64,000 bases of DNA from Hyphochytrium catenoides (Eukaryota; Protista; Hyphochytriomycota). The notes under the pieces are model-generated. The model had not been told where the DNA came from, searched no databases, and was given only the letters and a program-made list of their open reading frames with translations. Within the stretch, counting starts at the first letter, position 1. Each line of letters starts with the position of its first letter. Both the position numbers and the translations under genes were made by a program. Location of the stretch: NCBI GenBank assembly GCA_900088475.1, contig FLMG01003519.1, forward strand, positions 20,103-84,102, in the 5' to 3' direction. Shown one piece after another: positions 38,667 through 51,817 of the stretch.

Positions 38667-41600
38667 TTACACGGCATCAGGCGCGGCAGTGGTGGCATTA
38701 GCTGCATTGCCGGCATTGGAGTTGGCGGCGTTTGCCTGAGGATTGGGTCCACTGTTGCTGAGCATCTGTGCTTTGAGAGACTCCACGGTCGGTTTGGTCC
38801 ACTGCGTGACGCCGAGTCGGGGATTGCAATAGTATACACGACCTTTCGAGCGGGAGACCTAGGTCGAGGAAATGATAAGGATGAAATGTTAGGGTCGGAT
38901 GTGAAGCCGCTGGTTAACTGCGTGGAATCTACTCACCTTAGCAATCCATCCAGGCGGCAATGGTTCGTCCAGTGCATCGAGACTGAGCGCTTCGGGAGCA
39001 GGAGCTGAAGCAGCCTTCTCCTGGCCACCAACAATCGATGATAGCCCTGTTACACTGGTGGAGATCGAAAGTGGGTTAATCCTAGCGTTAGATCTTTCCG
39101 AAATCGATCCACGCTAGTACCTGTTCGATATGGTGCCAAACGCGCTAGCTAGACCGCCGAAATAATTTGACTTCCGGGAGGCGCCGTTTGCCAGCGACTG
39201 GCGACCAACCATTGACATTGACGATCGCAGTTCTAGGGATTTAGTCAATAGCATCCGTCAGAGTGGTGACAGGACAGTAAGAGTGAACATCAAGATGCAA
39301 GAGTGAACATCAAGACGCAAGTGTCCAGGCCATTAGTCGTACCATTCGAGCTGTTTCTGCCAGTAGGGGAATTGAGCATTGGTGTTCGCTGTGCCTCCTC
39401 CGGAATGGAGGAAATGGGAGGTAGGGACGGCTTCTCCTGTCCCTGAGGAACGCCTGATGCTCCCTTGAGCTTCGACCCAGCAAAGCCCAAGAAGGAGGCA
39501 GCTGTCCACCGAGAGCCAGCCTGTGTGCCATCCTCAGCCGTAGACCCTGCATTTATAATTGAGTGCCTCTATCTTCATAACATCCCCACAAAGTAATCCA
39601 CCTATTAGTGCCCCATATTCCTTGAACTATGGCCCTCTATACATATGTACGTATTATAGAGTTGCTCTAGGTGGAAGGAACTCTTACCGAGGCCGCTGCC
39701 CTTCTCAATGGAGCGCTTGGCAGGCTCCTCCTTCTTGGCACCAAGAGTCCTGAAGTAAGAGCGAGACTGTGACTTTTCCAGCTCAGCAGCCTCTTTCTCT
39801 GCCTGCTTCTCCAATAACTGGAACAGCTGATCCTTCCACTTTTGAGCATCTTCTCTGTACCGCGATGTCACTTTCTCCTTATCTTGGAGCTGCAGAAGGA
39901 TAAGACACGCAGCTGTTAGTAGGAAGGTCTTTAAAGAACGAGCAAGAGACATCACAATGGAGAAAGCTGCAGAGCACAAACTGCGAGGAACAATAGCAAG
40001 ACAGAGCATTAACAGGGCTGTATCGATCACCTCCCCTTCCAGCTTGCGAATCTTGACATGGGAAGTGGCTTCGATGTACTCCTTCTCGTTTTTAAGCTTA
40101 TCATTTTCTCTCTTCAGCTGATCGACCATCGTCTTGTACTTGGCAAGCTCTTCTCTTAGCTTCTTGCCTTCCTGTTGAAGCGTATCTGGAAGAGATAGTG
40201 AAGGTCAGAGATGACAGGGGAAACCGCACACAGGAGGAACGGTTGAACGCGATTGAAGAAGAGATGACGGCTTGGAGAACAATACGTTGAAGTACATTTG
40301 GTCCAGGAACCGATAGCTTACCTATCATTCCTCCTGCATCAGCCATGACGTCCTGCGTTACTGAACCTCGACGTTCTCTTCCTTGAGGAACTGATGTGGC
40401 GCTTAAAGAGGCCCTCATAGCCTCCTCTTGTGCCCTAGCGATAGCCTCCTGAGCTCTCAACTGCTCCTCCTGTTTCAGGGGTGTAAAGTCAACATTTAGA
40501 AAGCAGACGCAAAGTGTCGAATAAAAGAGAACTAGTACTAGGCCAGCTAAGCCACTAAGTTGTACACCCAAATCATTAATCCAGTCAACGGAGCCAGATA
40601 TCTGATACGCAGATCGCCCCAAAAAAGAAGCAGTTTTCTAAGTCGCTCACAGTCTCCATTACCTTCAAGCGCTCTTGAAGTGCCTTCAGCTGATAAGCCA
40701 TGTCTGCCTCCCTCTTCTTCTCTTCTAACATCTGGAGAAATTTTGGTCTCCAGAGTACCATTCTTACAAAAGCTTGAATTTTGACAGATGCCTTCCGCCT
40801 TCGAAGGAACTTGCGGCTGCCAAGTGAAGACAAGGTATTTCAAGAACCGATAAGGTAAGGTCAGAACTAAGCTCTGGCCGCAAAAGTTAGACGTTCTGTA
40901 CTAAGCTAGAATGTGCAGCCCTTCCAAACAGTGAATAGCAATGGATAGGGTGAAGACAGATTAGACCTTTAGGCAAAGTGCAACATACCGCTGAATGAAG
41001 CCTCTCACGTGCCGTTGAATAATGATGCTTGCACGCTCGCGCCTCAGAGCGGTCGCTACCTGACGACCCTTATAGCCTGCAGAGAACCTCAATTGAGCAT
41101 ACAAACTCAATGTAGGAACCGAGGAAGGGCTAGTTTCAAAAAAAGGCTAACTCCATCTAGTAAAATAAAGCATCACACTGGAGCAGAGGGCAGAATGGTT
41201 GCGCTACCTCTCCAGCGAGCCTGAAGCTTGACCATTCCCCTCTTTAATGTCCTATACCGGCGCATGTGGTAGAAGCATCTGAAGACTGCCTGAAGCTTAA
41301 TAATGGCGTATCTTGCCCGCTGATAGCGAATAACAGCCATAAAGCCGCGCATGATTCGCTGCAGAAAGGTTGCTTTCTCATCCAAAAACTTCTTGCGGCG
41401 GTCTTCCATCTCTTCCATGACGCCAAACTGAACAAAGAAAAGAGAGTGTGAACTTGATAGGTCGTCATGAGAGGAACGTGGAGAGAAGACGCCAACTGAA
41501 AGAGATCGCCAACGAGGAACGGCAGGGCAACCAATGCCTTAGCGGTGTTGTGAGCATTACCTGGAAGTAAATCTTTGTCCTGCCCAGCTGGAAATTTTTT

Positions 41601-44600
41601 GGCGGTTGGTACCCCAAATTGAGCATCATTTGTTCACACCTAATAACACGCACAGCAGTTATAAGCACGGCCTTGTTCTATGAGCTCTGTCCTTCTCTTG
41701 TTTCCTTACTTGGCCATGGCGTTGCCAGTGATCTTGCTATTCAAAAAGAGTTTGAACCTTGTCAGGCACTGCTCGTGCAGCATCTTATTTGGATAACCTG
41801 CTCTGCTGATACGAATAGCCTCAATCACACCGGCGCAGCGAAGCTGACCGGCGACCTAGAGTCATGATGTCATTACCGACGTGTTAAGGCTCTTCGTCCA
41901 AAGCTCTAAAGTTACATGCCTATCTTACCTGATTCAAGTCCATCTCTGTTGAACTCTTCTTTGGGTTCGGCTTTATGCACCGGACATAGTGGACTTTTGT
42001 GCTCTGAATGTTCGTCATAAGCTCAGTCAAGCTATTCTTGAATTGAGTTCCTACTGTCGAGGTCGCAAGCGACCGCCTCTGCACTCCTCCTCCACCTTGA
42101 GATGTCCCTTCCTTGTCAGCAAACAGCTGGGAAAAAGAGTTTCGTAAGCCAAGCATAGTCTTAAAAGGGGACGCACTAGCAGACTAAAGCCTTAGGAACG
42201 GATGGTAACCAGGACTTAAGGTGAGAAAGGGATAGTAAACCGGAAAGCAGCCGGAGAAGTCTTCAAATTCACCTCTACGACGAAGGGTATGGAGCTTGAC
42301 CTCATCAAGTCCGTCAAGTCTGGCAAAAGTGCGTCTTTATGCTTCTCTAGAAAGCCTACTGCCTCATAAGTTACGACGCCAGCATAGTGCTTGATAGCAA
42401 ACTTGGTTCGAGAGGTCCTGATAAACTCTATAACCTGCACCTCGTCGTCTTTGTGCAAAGTCTGCAACTTGCTGACGAAAGCTTCCTCTGTACCCTTGGG
42501 GCGGGTTACTTCCTCATTGAGAAGAGATATTATACCCATCTTGCTCTCAATAACATCTAACACATCTTGATTGTCCTTGAACTCAATATGATCCCAGGTT
42601 ACACCTGCACAGAAAATGAGAAACGATGGATAAGAAGCCTCAAGCCGTCTTCACAAAGGCCAACTAGTAGGACGCGTGAACAGTTCACTCAAACAACTAT
42701 AGCGACGATGTTAGAGAGACGGAGTCTAGACACGAAAGATATCTAACAGAAGATAACAGGAACCACCAGAACCCTGCACTCCGTACTCTTTCGTTACCCA
42801 ACTACCTTCTTCCTCGTATTCAATCTGAACGGTCTTGAAGACATCCTGAGTGAATTTTTGCTGCAGCTTCTCATTGGCATAGTTGATGCAAAACTGCTCG
42901 AAGCTGTTGTGCTTGAAGTGCTCGAATCCAAAAATATCCAATATTCCCACTTGAGTGACCATCTATGACCAGGGATTTATTGGGCAAAGACAGGCAGGGT
43001 CAAATAACGAACAGAAGCAAGGAAACCCAGAATGGTTCTGTACAACAACCAGCTTGCTGGGGAGCTGCAAGTTAGCGGAAAGTGCGGCAGAAAGCCCTTC
43101 GCTCACCTTGGCATCATTAGACAGTGAGTTGTTCATAGTTGACACGATCCAGTTGAACATGTTTGAGTAAAGCGCTTTCGAGAGAGCGTCTCTGCAATCA
43201 GCAGCGTCGGACGCTTTGAGCTGGACTGAGTATACATCGTTTCGGGCCCTATAATAAGTGACTGTTAGCAACATGCGACGCATACGTATAAAGTAAGAAA
43301 ACGGCGGGCGAAAGGACGGAGCCAACGGGCGATTTACTTCCCATCCGAGAACTGAGAAATAAGCCCAAAAGAGGGAAACAAAGAAGCATAATTGTTCTAA
43401 CCTCATGGTCCTAGTGCAGAATGCCTTTTCAATAGCTTCCGGAGCACAACCTAGAAGTTCCGTCACAGCAGCAAGAGAGTCTTTATTTGCAATCTCCGAT
43501 TCCTCATCGTTGGACTCCTTCGGCTTGAATGTGATCTCTCCAAGGTGGAGAACGGCGCTTACTGTCCTCATTAGCGCTCTGAGAAACGTCAATAACAATT
43601 AGCTTTAGATTGATATTTGTCAAGTGGCAAACAGATCCTGAGAACAGTTTGATCCTGGAAACAAGCACAGAAAGGCACAGACAATCATGGAGTCGAGCGT
43701 CGCAGTAGGACTCCAAGTACCCTAGAATCTGGACAGAAGCGCAGTTGCTTTTTACCGAAGTGTAGCATCATCAAGTCCGATCGCTCTCAGCGCCTTGACA
43801 GTCACTTCCCACGTAGGAGAGTCTCTCGCCTTCTCATTCTTACTACCTCCAAAATATACGTAGTCCTTCGCCTTATTTACTAGGTACTCTGCAGCCTCTG
43901 GAGCGAAAAGTAGCTGGTAGAATATGTGGTAGTTTCTCTCCCCTTCGGCATGGGATATGATGCGAGTCTTTTCCAGCAAATAAGTCTGGACTTTAGCACC
44001 AACAAGGATCCCATGCCTGTCAAACTACAGAGACGACATGCGACGGTGAGTCTAAGTGCTGTCCTTCGGCTTTTTCCACTAAAGGAAGCATAAAAAATAG
44101 TACATTGCCCGAACGGCACTCAGCGCCAGCAGGGCACCCTCGAAAACATCTACTCCGTAACCCCGATGACAGCTGCTCCCACACACGATGGAACAGAGAA
44201 GTAAGCTAGACAGCATTTACCTGCAGCTGCGTGAACTTTCCGAAACGACTACTGTTATCATTTCGGACAGTCTTTGCATTACCAAAAGACTCAAGGAGAG
44301 GGTTCACCGCAATGATACGACTAATGGTGTTATCGTTGACTCCTCCAGCGATAGAGGCCAGATGGCCCATGACAATCTTTGTCGTTTCGGTTTTCCCAGC
44401 GCCTATCAAAGAGCACATGAGGTCAAAAATGCACATCACCCAGACTCTTTTGCCCTATACCTGACTCTCCGCTAACTAGAATGCTCTGATGGCGTTCGTA
44501 GTGGCGCATGTCACGATAGGCACCGATGGATGTGCTATAGACATGAGGCGGAAGATCCTCTCTGTCCATTTCCAAATAACGCCTGTGTTGGTCCTCACTA

Positions 44601-45189
44601 TAGAGCTCCGGCATCCATTTATATGGGTTAACAGCGATAACGATTTCGCCGGTGTAGGTGTCTAAGAGTAATGGTTTTAGTGAACGCGCGGGTCGGTAAG
44701 GAACAGTCGATGATGCAAGACGCACAAGGCTTGGAGGCCAGAAAACGGGTCCTAATGTTGTACAGGATAGCAGGCTCGTGGAGGTAAGAAAGGTTGGTCA
44801 TGTCCTCCACTCCAAAGCCAGTTGAGTCCTCATTCTGCAATGGAAGGGAGTCCACAGCCCCCTTGGCATTGCCGGTGACAAGCTGAATAATCTTCTTGTC
44901 ATCAAGGTCAATCTAGACAATAGCGGTCAACTATGACATTCAGAAGCAAGAGATAACGGAACTCTTACATCTCGCGTTTCATGACCACCGTCAAGATCAA
45001 AGGTTTTCGCCCTAATCTTTTTACCCTGACTCGAAATAATCTCTGCAGGGAGCCAGATGTTGGTCTCATCTGGCACGTAGCACTTTGATCCTGGGACCTG
45101 TGCATCCAAGAAGGTAAGGCAAACGTGTCAGCTGACCGCTGGCTTTAGCAGCGCACACTTGGCTATCCACCTACCATTGACAGAGCCAT
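38667..45189 (-). CDS. Myosin: N-terminal SH3-like, motor, 5 IQ, coiled coil, C-terminal WW domain (~20 exons)
   Basis: [15 protein letters not shown]|[68 protein letters not shown]. Five IQ motifs. Spliced tail [10 protein letters not shown]|[23 protein letters not shown], stop TAA at 38667. Confidence 0.95.
39279..39321. repeat. 20-bp tandem duplication inside a myosin intron
   Basis: aagagtgaacatcaaga(t/c)gc x2. Confidence 0.9.
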
Positions 45190-46799
45190 CCTGCCTGAGA
45201 GACGAAAAGTGCTTACTGCTAAGAACTGCTAGCTCCGTGAAATCAGAGCTATAAAAGCTCACCACGCCTGTCCCCAACTGTCTACCAGCACACCCTAGTC
45301 ATCGGCAACGCGCATTAGGGAGAAGCAAAACCACTTGGCCTCGATACAATCTAGCGATAGGCGCTGCTGCCAAAAAGCTGCACCCGGTGAGGCGATGGCG
45401 CGATGGCAATGAGATGATCACCACAAGCAGCAAAAAAAATCTGAGGAAGTGTCAGCCACCCTAAAATAATAACGACATCGTCTTAGCGGCGGCAAATCCC
45501 ACTTCTTCAAGGTAAATACCATTTATAAGGACGTTAGCGGTACCACTGGCTCTGTTGAGATGTTAGCTTCAGGATATAATCGCTAGATTCGGCTGTCTCT
45601 GTAATGTTTTATTGGGATACCTGGAATACCTTGTGATGCTTGAAAGTGGTACGGTGCTGGGTTTTATACCGTGTAAAACCAGTGTGAGGTTGGTTAGTTA
45701 TAATAAACAGGGGGAAAATCGGGATGGCGTTGGGTTGGGGTAGAACTAGATACAGTTTGCAGGGAGAGAGCGTGAGGAAGGGAGATCAGGGGGGAGAGCT
45801 CGGCAGTGGGAGAGACAGAGCTATGCTGTTGTAAGAAGACAATCAAGACTGAAGGGTGCGAGTCAGAGGCAAGAGAAAGATGCCATAGGGAGACAGACTC
45901 TACTAACGCTGTAACATTATTAGACATCAGGAGCGCGAGACCCTTGAGGCCAACACAGATACCAAGAGATGCCAGCCTGTAAAATAGGGCAAGCAACACA
46001 CTAAAATTATAAAGGGGGAAAATTACTGCAACCTTCATAAGCCCCTGGCGTCACTATTATTAGACTACTTCAGTTCATATAAGGATAGAGAAATATTACT
46101 ACTTCCTTCCTAGGGTTGTCGTATCAGAACCGAACGGTTTCCCGCACCATTTCCCATAAAGTCCGTCGCCCTCTTCTTCGCCATCATCTCGCGGCTTCTT
46201 CAAGGATAAAAACCCTAAGATAATAAAGGCACAGAGATTATTGATAGAAGCTCCAGCTATGTTGGGCTCTCTAACTCCCTTCTGCCTTTGGCTTGAAACC
46301 TGCGGCGCTCTAACGTAGAAGGTGAAGCTGCAGGGGCGGTCGAGATGTGAGGACAAGAGAGTAGTTCTCTGGGCATCAGTTCGTCACTGACGTGAGCTTG
46401 TTGATGTCCCAGGTGCAGCAGGTTATCGTTAGACGTGATGATGGGTTCTTTCCCAAGAGGTAAGGATCTCCCGCTCAGTGCTTGACGTAGAAGGAAGTGC
46501 CAGCACAATAGGAGGAGTAAGGAAGATGCACTTGTTAGTTTTCATAGATTCAGCTGCGGACCGCGTTCCCATTGTATGCACGATTCCGTCCAGCCGATGC
46601 TACTTGTGCGAGATGGCAAAAACAATGAGTGGGTTTTCATATGCGTGCTGATTGATAAGCTTATTTTCAGCACCCATTGTAGCCTTCTTAACAATTAACG
46701 TGGTACATATGATTTCCTACTGCTATGCGGTGCCTTGACGGAGCTGAGGGACGGACAGATTCTTTCAGACTCCAGCCTTGCTAACGAAATTGCTTACGT

Positions 46800-49700
46800 C
46801 TAAGGCATTATTTTGTTGGACCGCCTCTGGAAGCTGTCGTACCTGCAGTATGAGAAGCATCGCTTTTAATAAATAATTGGGTATCACGGCGAAATGAGGA
46901 GCCACTTCCTGGCGAGTTCCCCAATGGTCAAAGCTCTTGTCCACCAGGGCTAAAATGGCCTCCCGTAGTTTGCATCCCTCAATATTCATAAAAAAGCGTG
47001 ATTTCATCCGCTTGAGAACTTTAGCTCTGGATGTGCTCAGGAAACATGGAGACGGAGAGTTATTTGATGTAAGAGCCACCATAGATAAGAGCTTGCTAGC
47101 GTTAGCCCTTGCGGCGAGGAACCCTGCGATGACTCGGTCCTTGAAGAGCTGATACCCGGCAGAATCAACTCCACCCATCAGGTCTACCATTTCTACCGTC
47201 AGCTTGAAGGGTGCGCTCTCCAAGCTGACCTGCCCACCTACCAGCAGAGTACCATAAGCAAGAAAGTACCGTGGAAAGTCACAACGTGAGGCGATGGTCA
47301 GCACATCCTGTACAACTGTCTCCTTTATCTTACCCGGCGCCATGCCCAAGACAAATCCGAAGTCGATTTGTATTAAGTGGCCATCCTTGTCAAGCATGAT
47401 GTTTCCATTGTGCCTGTCCTTGATCTGGAGAAAGTAACAGACAACACTGTATGCCGCCGTACTGTTGATAAAGTTCTCGCGAGCTCTCTCAAACTCAGCG
47501 GAGCCTTCAGGTCCAAAACGCTTCTCGAAGAAGGTCTTCCAAGCCGCCGTAATCGCGGTCATGCTTCTTGATTGAATCCAGTGAGTAAGCGTCTACCAGC
47601 GTCTCAATGAGCCCAATAGAAGGACCTGTGCAAACTATCCTGTGATAGCAGGGAGCAACCGTCGTTCGTCTGGCGAGTGAGCCACCGCTTCTAGGAGGGA
47701 CAGCAGAGCTCATCAGAAAGACCGCCCACCTGTAGGGTCTCAGCCACAGTGTGAGTTTGTTTTCGATGAAGATGGTTTGGAACATTTCGATCAGCTGCAG
47801 GATGAAGGCTTCCTGGCGCATATCGTCGAAGCTCTTCGCGATTATGGTCTGCATCCCCCATCCAGGAAGATGGGCATAGGGAGATTGGGCCCTGCATTTC
47901 GCAACCTATTTGAATGGGCTGATGAGTAAGTATCCCGATGGGTTTGTTAGCTATGGCTCCACCACCTTACTCTCCCAATCCTCCTCCTGTGCCCGGTGGC
48001 TATACACCTCGCTCTCGGGAGACGGAAAGGACTCTTTAAGCTTAACTCTGAGAGAGAGATCAGTGATCTTGTGAAGCAGATCCTCTCAATATGTGATGAC
48101 CTCACCCATCATCACCGGCAAGAAGTTTCTCCAAAGCGCCTGCTTGTTGGACTTCACTATCCAGCTCCTGATACTCCTCAGAGTAAATGCTAGGACTCTC
48201 GTCGCCGACACTGCCATTCCACATTGCACTAAGAACGTGTCGCAACCGCGCTAAGTTGACATGGCGATATTGATGTCAGTACTGAATTTGCGCAGGTTTT
48301 AGGGTTCATCATGAACTTCACATACCTGACCCCTCTGACTCTGCTTTCGCGGGATACTCTCCCTCCGTAGCTGGACCTGCCGTCTTGACGATACCAATCT
48401 GACCAGAAATGAACGGTGAGAGATGAGGTAAGCGTTACGGGCTTTTGAACTATCATCACAAGGCACTTACTTCTGCCACTGTGACTGCGCCGGGACATTT
48501 GTCTTCTATAGCGCTGTGGTCAGTAGATGAAGATACCTCTTTCACAGGACTTGAATATAAGTTCCGGCATACGGGCACATCGATGCATAAGACCTCGAAG
48601 GCAATTAGAGTCGGTGCCCTCGATCTAGTCGAAAAGACTTTGCTCTCGCTCTTGGCGACCCGTAAGATCTATTACACAAGAGATTCACCAATCGCAGCCC
48701 CAGATAACGCCACCTGTGAGACAAAGAGGAAGCAGACCGGCAAATAAAGCGTTTCCTGGTGGAGCTTCTCCTCTAAGTCGTCAAGTTTGCTTGGAAGGAC
48801 ACACTTGCGTTCGTCCCTATCCAGATGGCGGAGATCTTCAGCAATATCTGTGAGACGCTTGACAAACTTCATCATTCCTATGCAAAGGTGACGTGTCTAG
48901 GTGGTGCCATCAACCGCGATGACAAGCGACAAATAAGAGTAATACCTTCAAACTGCAGGTCCGGGTATACATTTTCTTCTGTCAAGTTGAGGCTGCCTGT
49001 GGAAATTGGTGAATGTGAACTAGATGTAATGCCTTCCTGAGCTAGTGCGGTTAATTTATAGTCCAAATGCCTGGGATCCCCACTGGGATAGGAAGTTAGC
49101 TTTGGCAGGAAACCTCGGTTCACTCACAGGAAACACATTCCGATCCTTACCGTAATGGCCGCCTGAAGCCTCTGTCCTCGATAGGATAGCCATCCTCTGG
49201 GTAAATACTGAGCGCCCCAGCAAGGGTCCCCTGCTTCTCAAGGTCCAATATCGTTGCGTGCAACCGTACAATCTCCTACAACGAGCACAACCGCTCTTTA
49301 GCAATGGCGCCTGCAGGTCACGTCCATCCTGTCATCATAAATAGGTTTACCTCCTTATTATTAGCTAAGAGCCAGTCCCAGAATAAAATTGACGGCAAAT
49401 GGGCCTCAAATGCTCGTATCACGACCTCCATCTCGCCAAAAACGCCTGCCATATGCTCCATTTGGTGCTGCGGTACATCATCCATCCAAAGCCCCGAGAT
49501 AATATTGAGATGGCTAAATTCCTCCAGTGGCACGGCCATCATCACCAGGAAGAGGGAGAAATGAGCGAGGTAAACGTCATTCCTTTCTACGGCATCGTGA
49601 TAAGTTGCTAGGAACTCCCAAGTAGCCAGTAGTCGCAGATGGACGTTTGTCCAGATGACTGCTCGTATGAAGTAAGCGTAAAGAATGAGCTGCAGAAGAT

Positions 49701-51817
49701 TGGCTTAGTTTCACTCTTTAGACAGCAATGCAAGTGCTCTGCCAAGTGGCCTACCTGGACCCTTGTGAAGTCATCACCAAAAGACATGAACAGTATACGA
49801 ATGAAGCCTGTCATTTGGCTCCAATAGAACTCCATCTCAGAGGGGTAGGACTCCACAAATCTGCTCGAGAGATACCGAGGAGGAAGACAGGAGTTCTTGG
49901 TGAGATTGTCAAGGGACATAGTCACCGAAGCGGGAGGTTGCAGGGGATGGTAGCAAGAAGTAAGCGCAGAGCCGCTGACCCACCTCACCAACTAAGATAG
50001 GGTCAAAGCAAAGAGCTCCGGGTCTTCTCTAAATTGGTGGAGAAGGGAGAGGCACTGCAAGGTGTCGAACTTCTTGCCCTGTAACAGCTTCGCTAGTGCT
50101 CGTCTGTAACCTGAGTCCATTTGAGAAGAGACAGCTGTATCTGTAAGACGAGATGTAGTTAGCATAGAGTTGTGACAGAGGCCAGACAGCTCTTAGGCAT
50201 ACCAGCCATGAGCTGTTCCACATCTCCTTGGTATTGGTCTAACTTGCGAATGTAGTGTGTCAGAACGAAGACAAAATTGATAAAGTCTTGACGTTGTGCG
50301 CAGTAGTCGCAGACAGTGACTGCTTGAAACTCGTCTAGCTGCGGCAATGGCATTTTCTTTGAACAATGGGCCTGGCAAAACAAAAGACAGCAGCTCACGC
50401 AATACTGCCGCGATTTGAAGACCTATTCGTGGCAGAGTGATCGGAGGAACGACAGATGACACAATCAACCACCGTCCGGACGACCATAATCCCAGGTGCT
50501 CTTCGGCGAGGCAAGACTAACCGTAAGCTCGAGGTGGCAGCGAAAGCACTTCTGGTCAAGGACCTTGAGCTGCCTGTAGTTCTCTTGTCTTACAGCAGCA
50601 GCTACAGCAGAATTAGGGCTATTGGCAGGATTATGCCATTTGCTGAAGTTACAAGGGGTGATACGCACCTCTGCTTTGGCGATCACTAGCTTTGGTACGC
50701 TTGTTCGCCCAATAGCCAGCCGCAGTCGCTCCGGCGACGGGCCCAATCCCAGGTAGGAGGAGAGATCCAACCCATGCACCAGCTATCGCGGCGGCTGTCT
50801 TAGCGCGCCCTACCTAACTTAGTGGAAGGTCATATAGGGTCACCCATGATATAGTTAGGTAGAGGGGTAATAGTGGTGACCTAACCTTCGAGGTTCTTTC
50901 CTTTTGCATCTGAGTCCTGAGCTCGATATCGGCCAGTTCTCTTGCAGATCTTTTATCATTCGAAGGCTTACATGCTATCGCTTTTTGGGCTGCCAAAGCC
51001 ACTTTCAGCGTGCTCATCCATTGGTTTTTGCTTTCCAGAGTTGACGCTGAGCACTCTACAAAGCAGGTCCGCTGCTCAAGAACCACTTTGAGCAAAGGCT
51101 AAGGACAATGCATCCTCATGTACGCCTACCTTTACGGACTGGCCTCGAATACGAAAGGCGTTCTTATAATGGCCGATGATCCCCTTGCCTTCCCAGTGCT
51201 CCACTTCGAGAGCCGTCATTTCTCCTTGTATGTTCTGAGAGAGCGCTGCGTCGTGTTTTGTCTTGAACCAGCGAAAGCGAGTCCCTAGAAGTACGCAGTG
51301 TCTTGTTGTCAGTAGTCCATGAAACTTGTTGCTCCCACTTAGAGAGAGTCGCAGTTTGAGAGGTCCATCCAAGTGCGAGATCTGATGGGGAAGATCCTGA
51401 TTTGGATGTGCTACCACTGACTGCTGTCATGATAATAGCAATAGCCGGGAATCAGCTTCTGGCGGTCTCTGGATGTATTATATTATGACATTGACCCTCA
51501 CCTCCTTTCCAGGTGTTGAAGAGTTAGCAAGCTCTTCCCCAGTTCTGCCTCTCCTACTTGTACCTTCAAAGTTTTGTTCTTCCGCTGGCGGCTCCGCCTG
51601 AGGCTCCAAAGTGTGCTGGGTAACGGCCTTCTCTAAGGTCGGCCTCTTCAGCTCTTTGATTAGCTGAGCTTCCAGTAGATGGTTGTCCGAACCACCAATC
51701 GTTGAGGGCAAACTAGGACTAAGAATGTAAGTTGTCCAGGGCAATAACCATTAGGCCATAGACCGTCTTGCTCTGTTACCTGAGGTCAGAAACTTCGTCG
51801 TCACATACGTCCTCCAT
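46800..51817 (-). pseudogene. PH-FYVE-phosphatidylinositol 4-kinase (type III beta-like) with three lesions; pseudogene/null allele or assembly errors
   Basis: Kinase motifs AKSFDDMRQEAF, LWLRPY, QIKDRHNGNIMLD, IDFGF, ESAPFKLT, TRQYDSFQ. Lesions: in-frame TAG 49992-49994, +1 frameshift ~47533-47540, GG instead of GT donor at 46909. The start codon is uncertain. Confidence 0.8.

Noticed and set aside
49992-49994. Stop-codon reassignment (TAG = Gln) as the explanation for in-frame TAGs
   Set aside because: TAG terminates LeuRS, the PPC fusion, the RING gene and PI4K itself at the expected C-termini, and the long LeuRS and myosin coding sequences contain no internal TAG.
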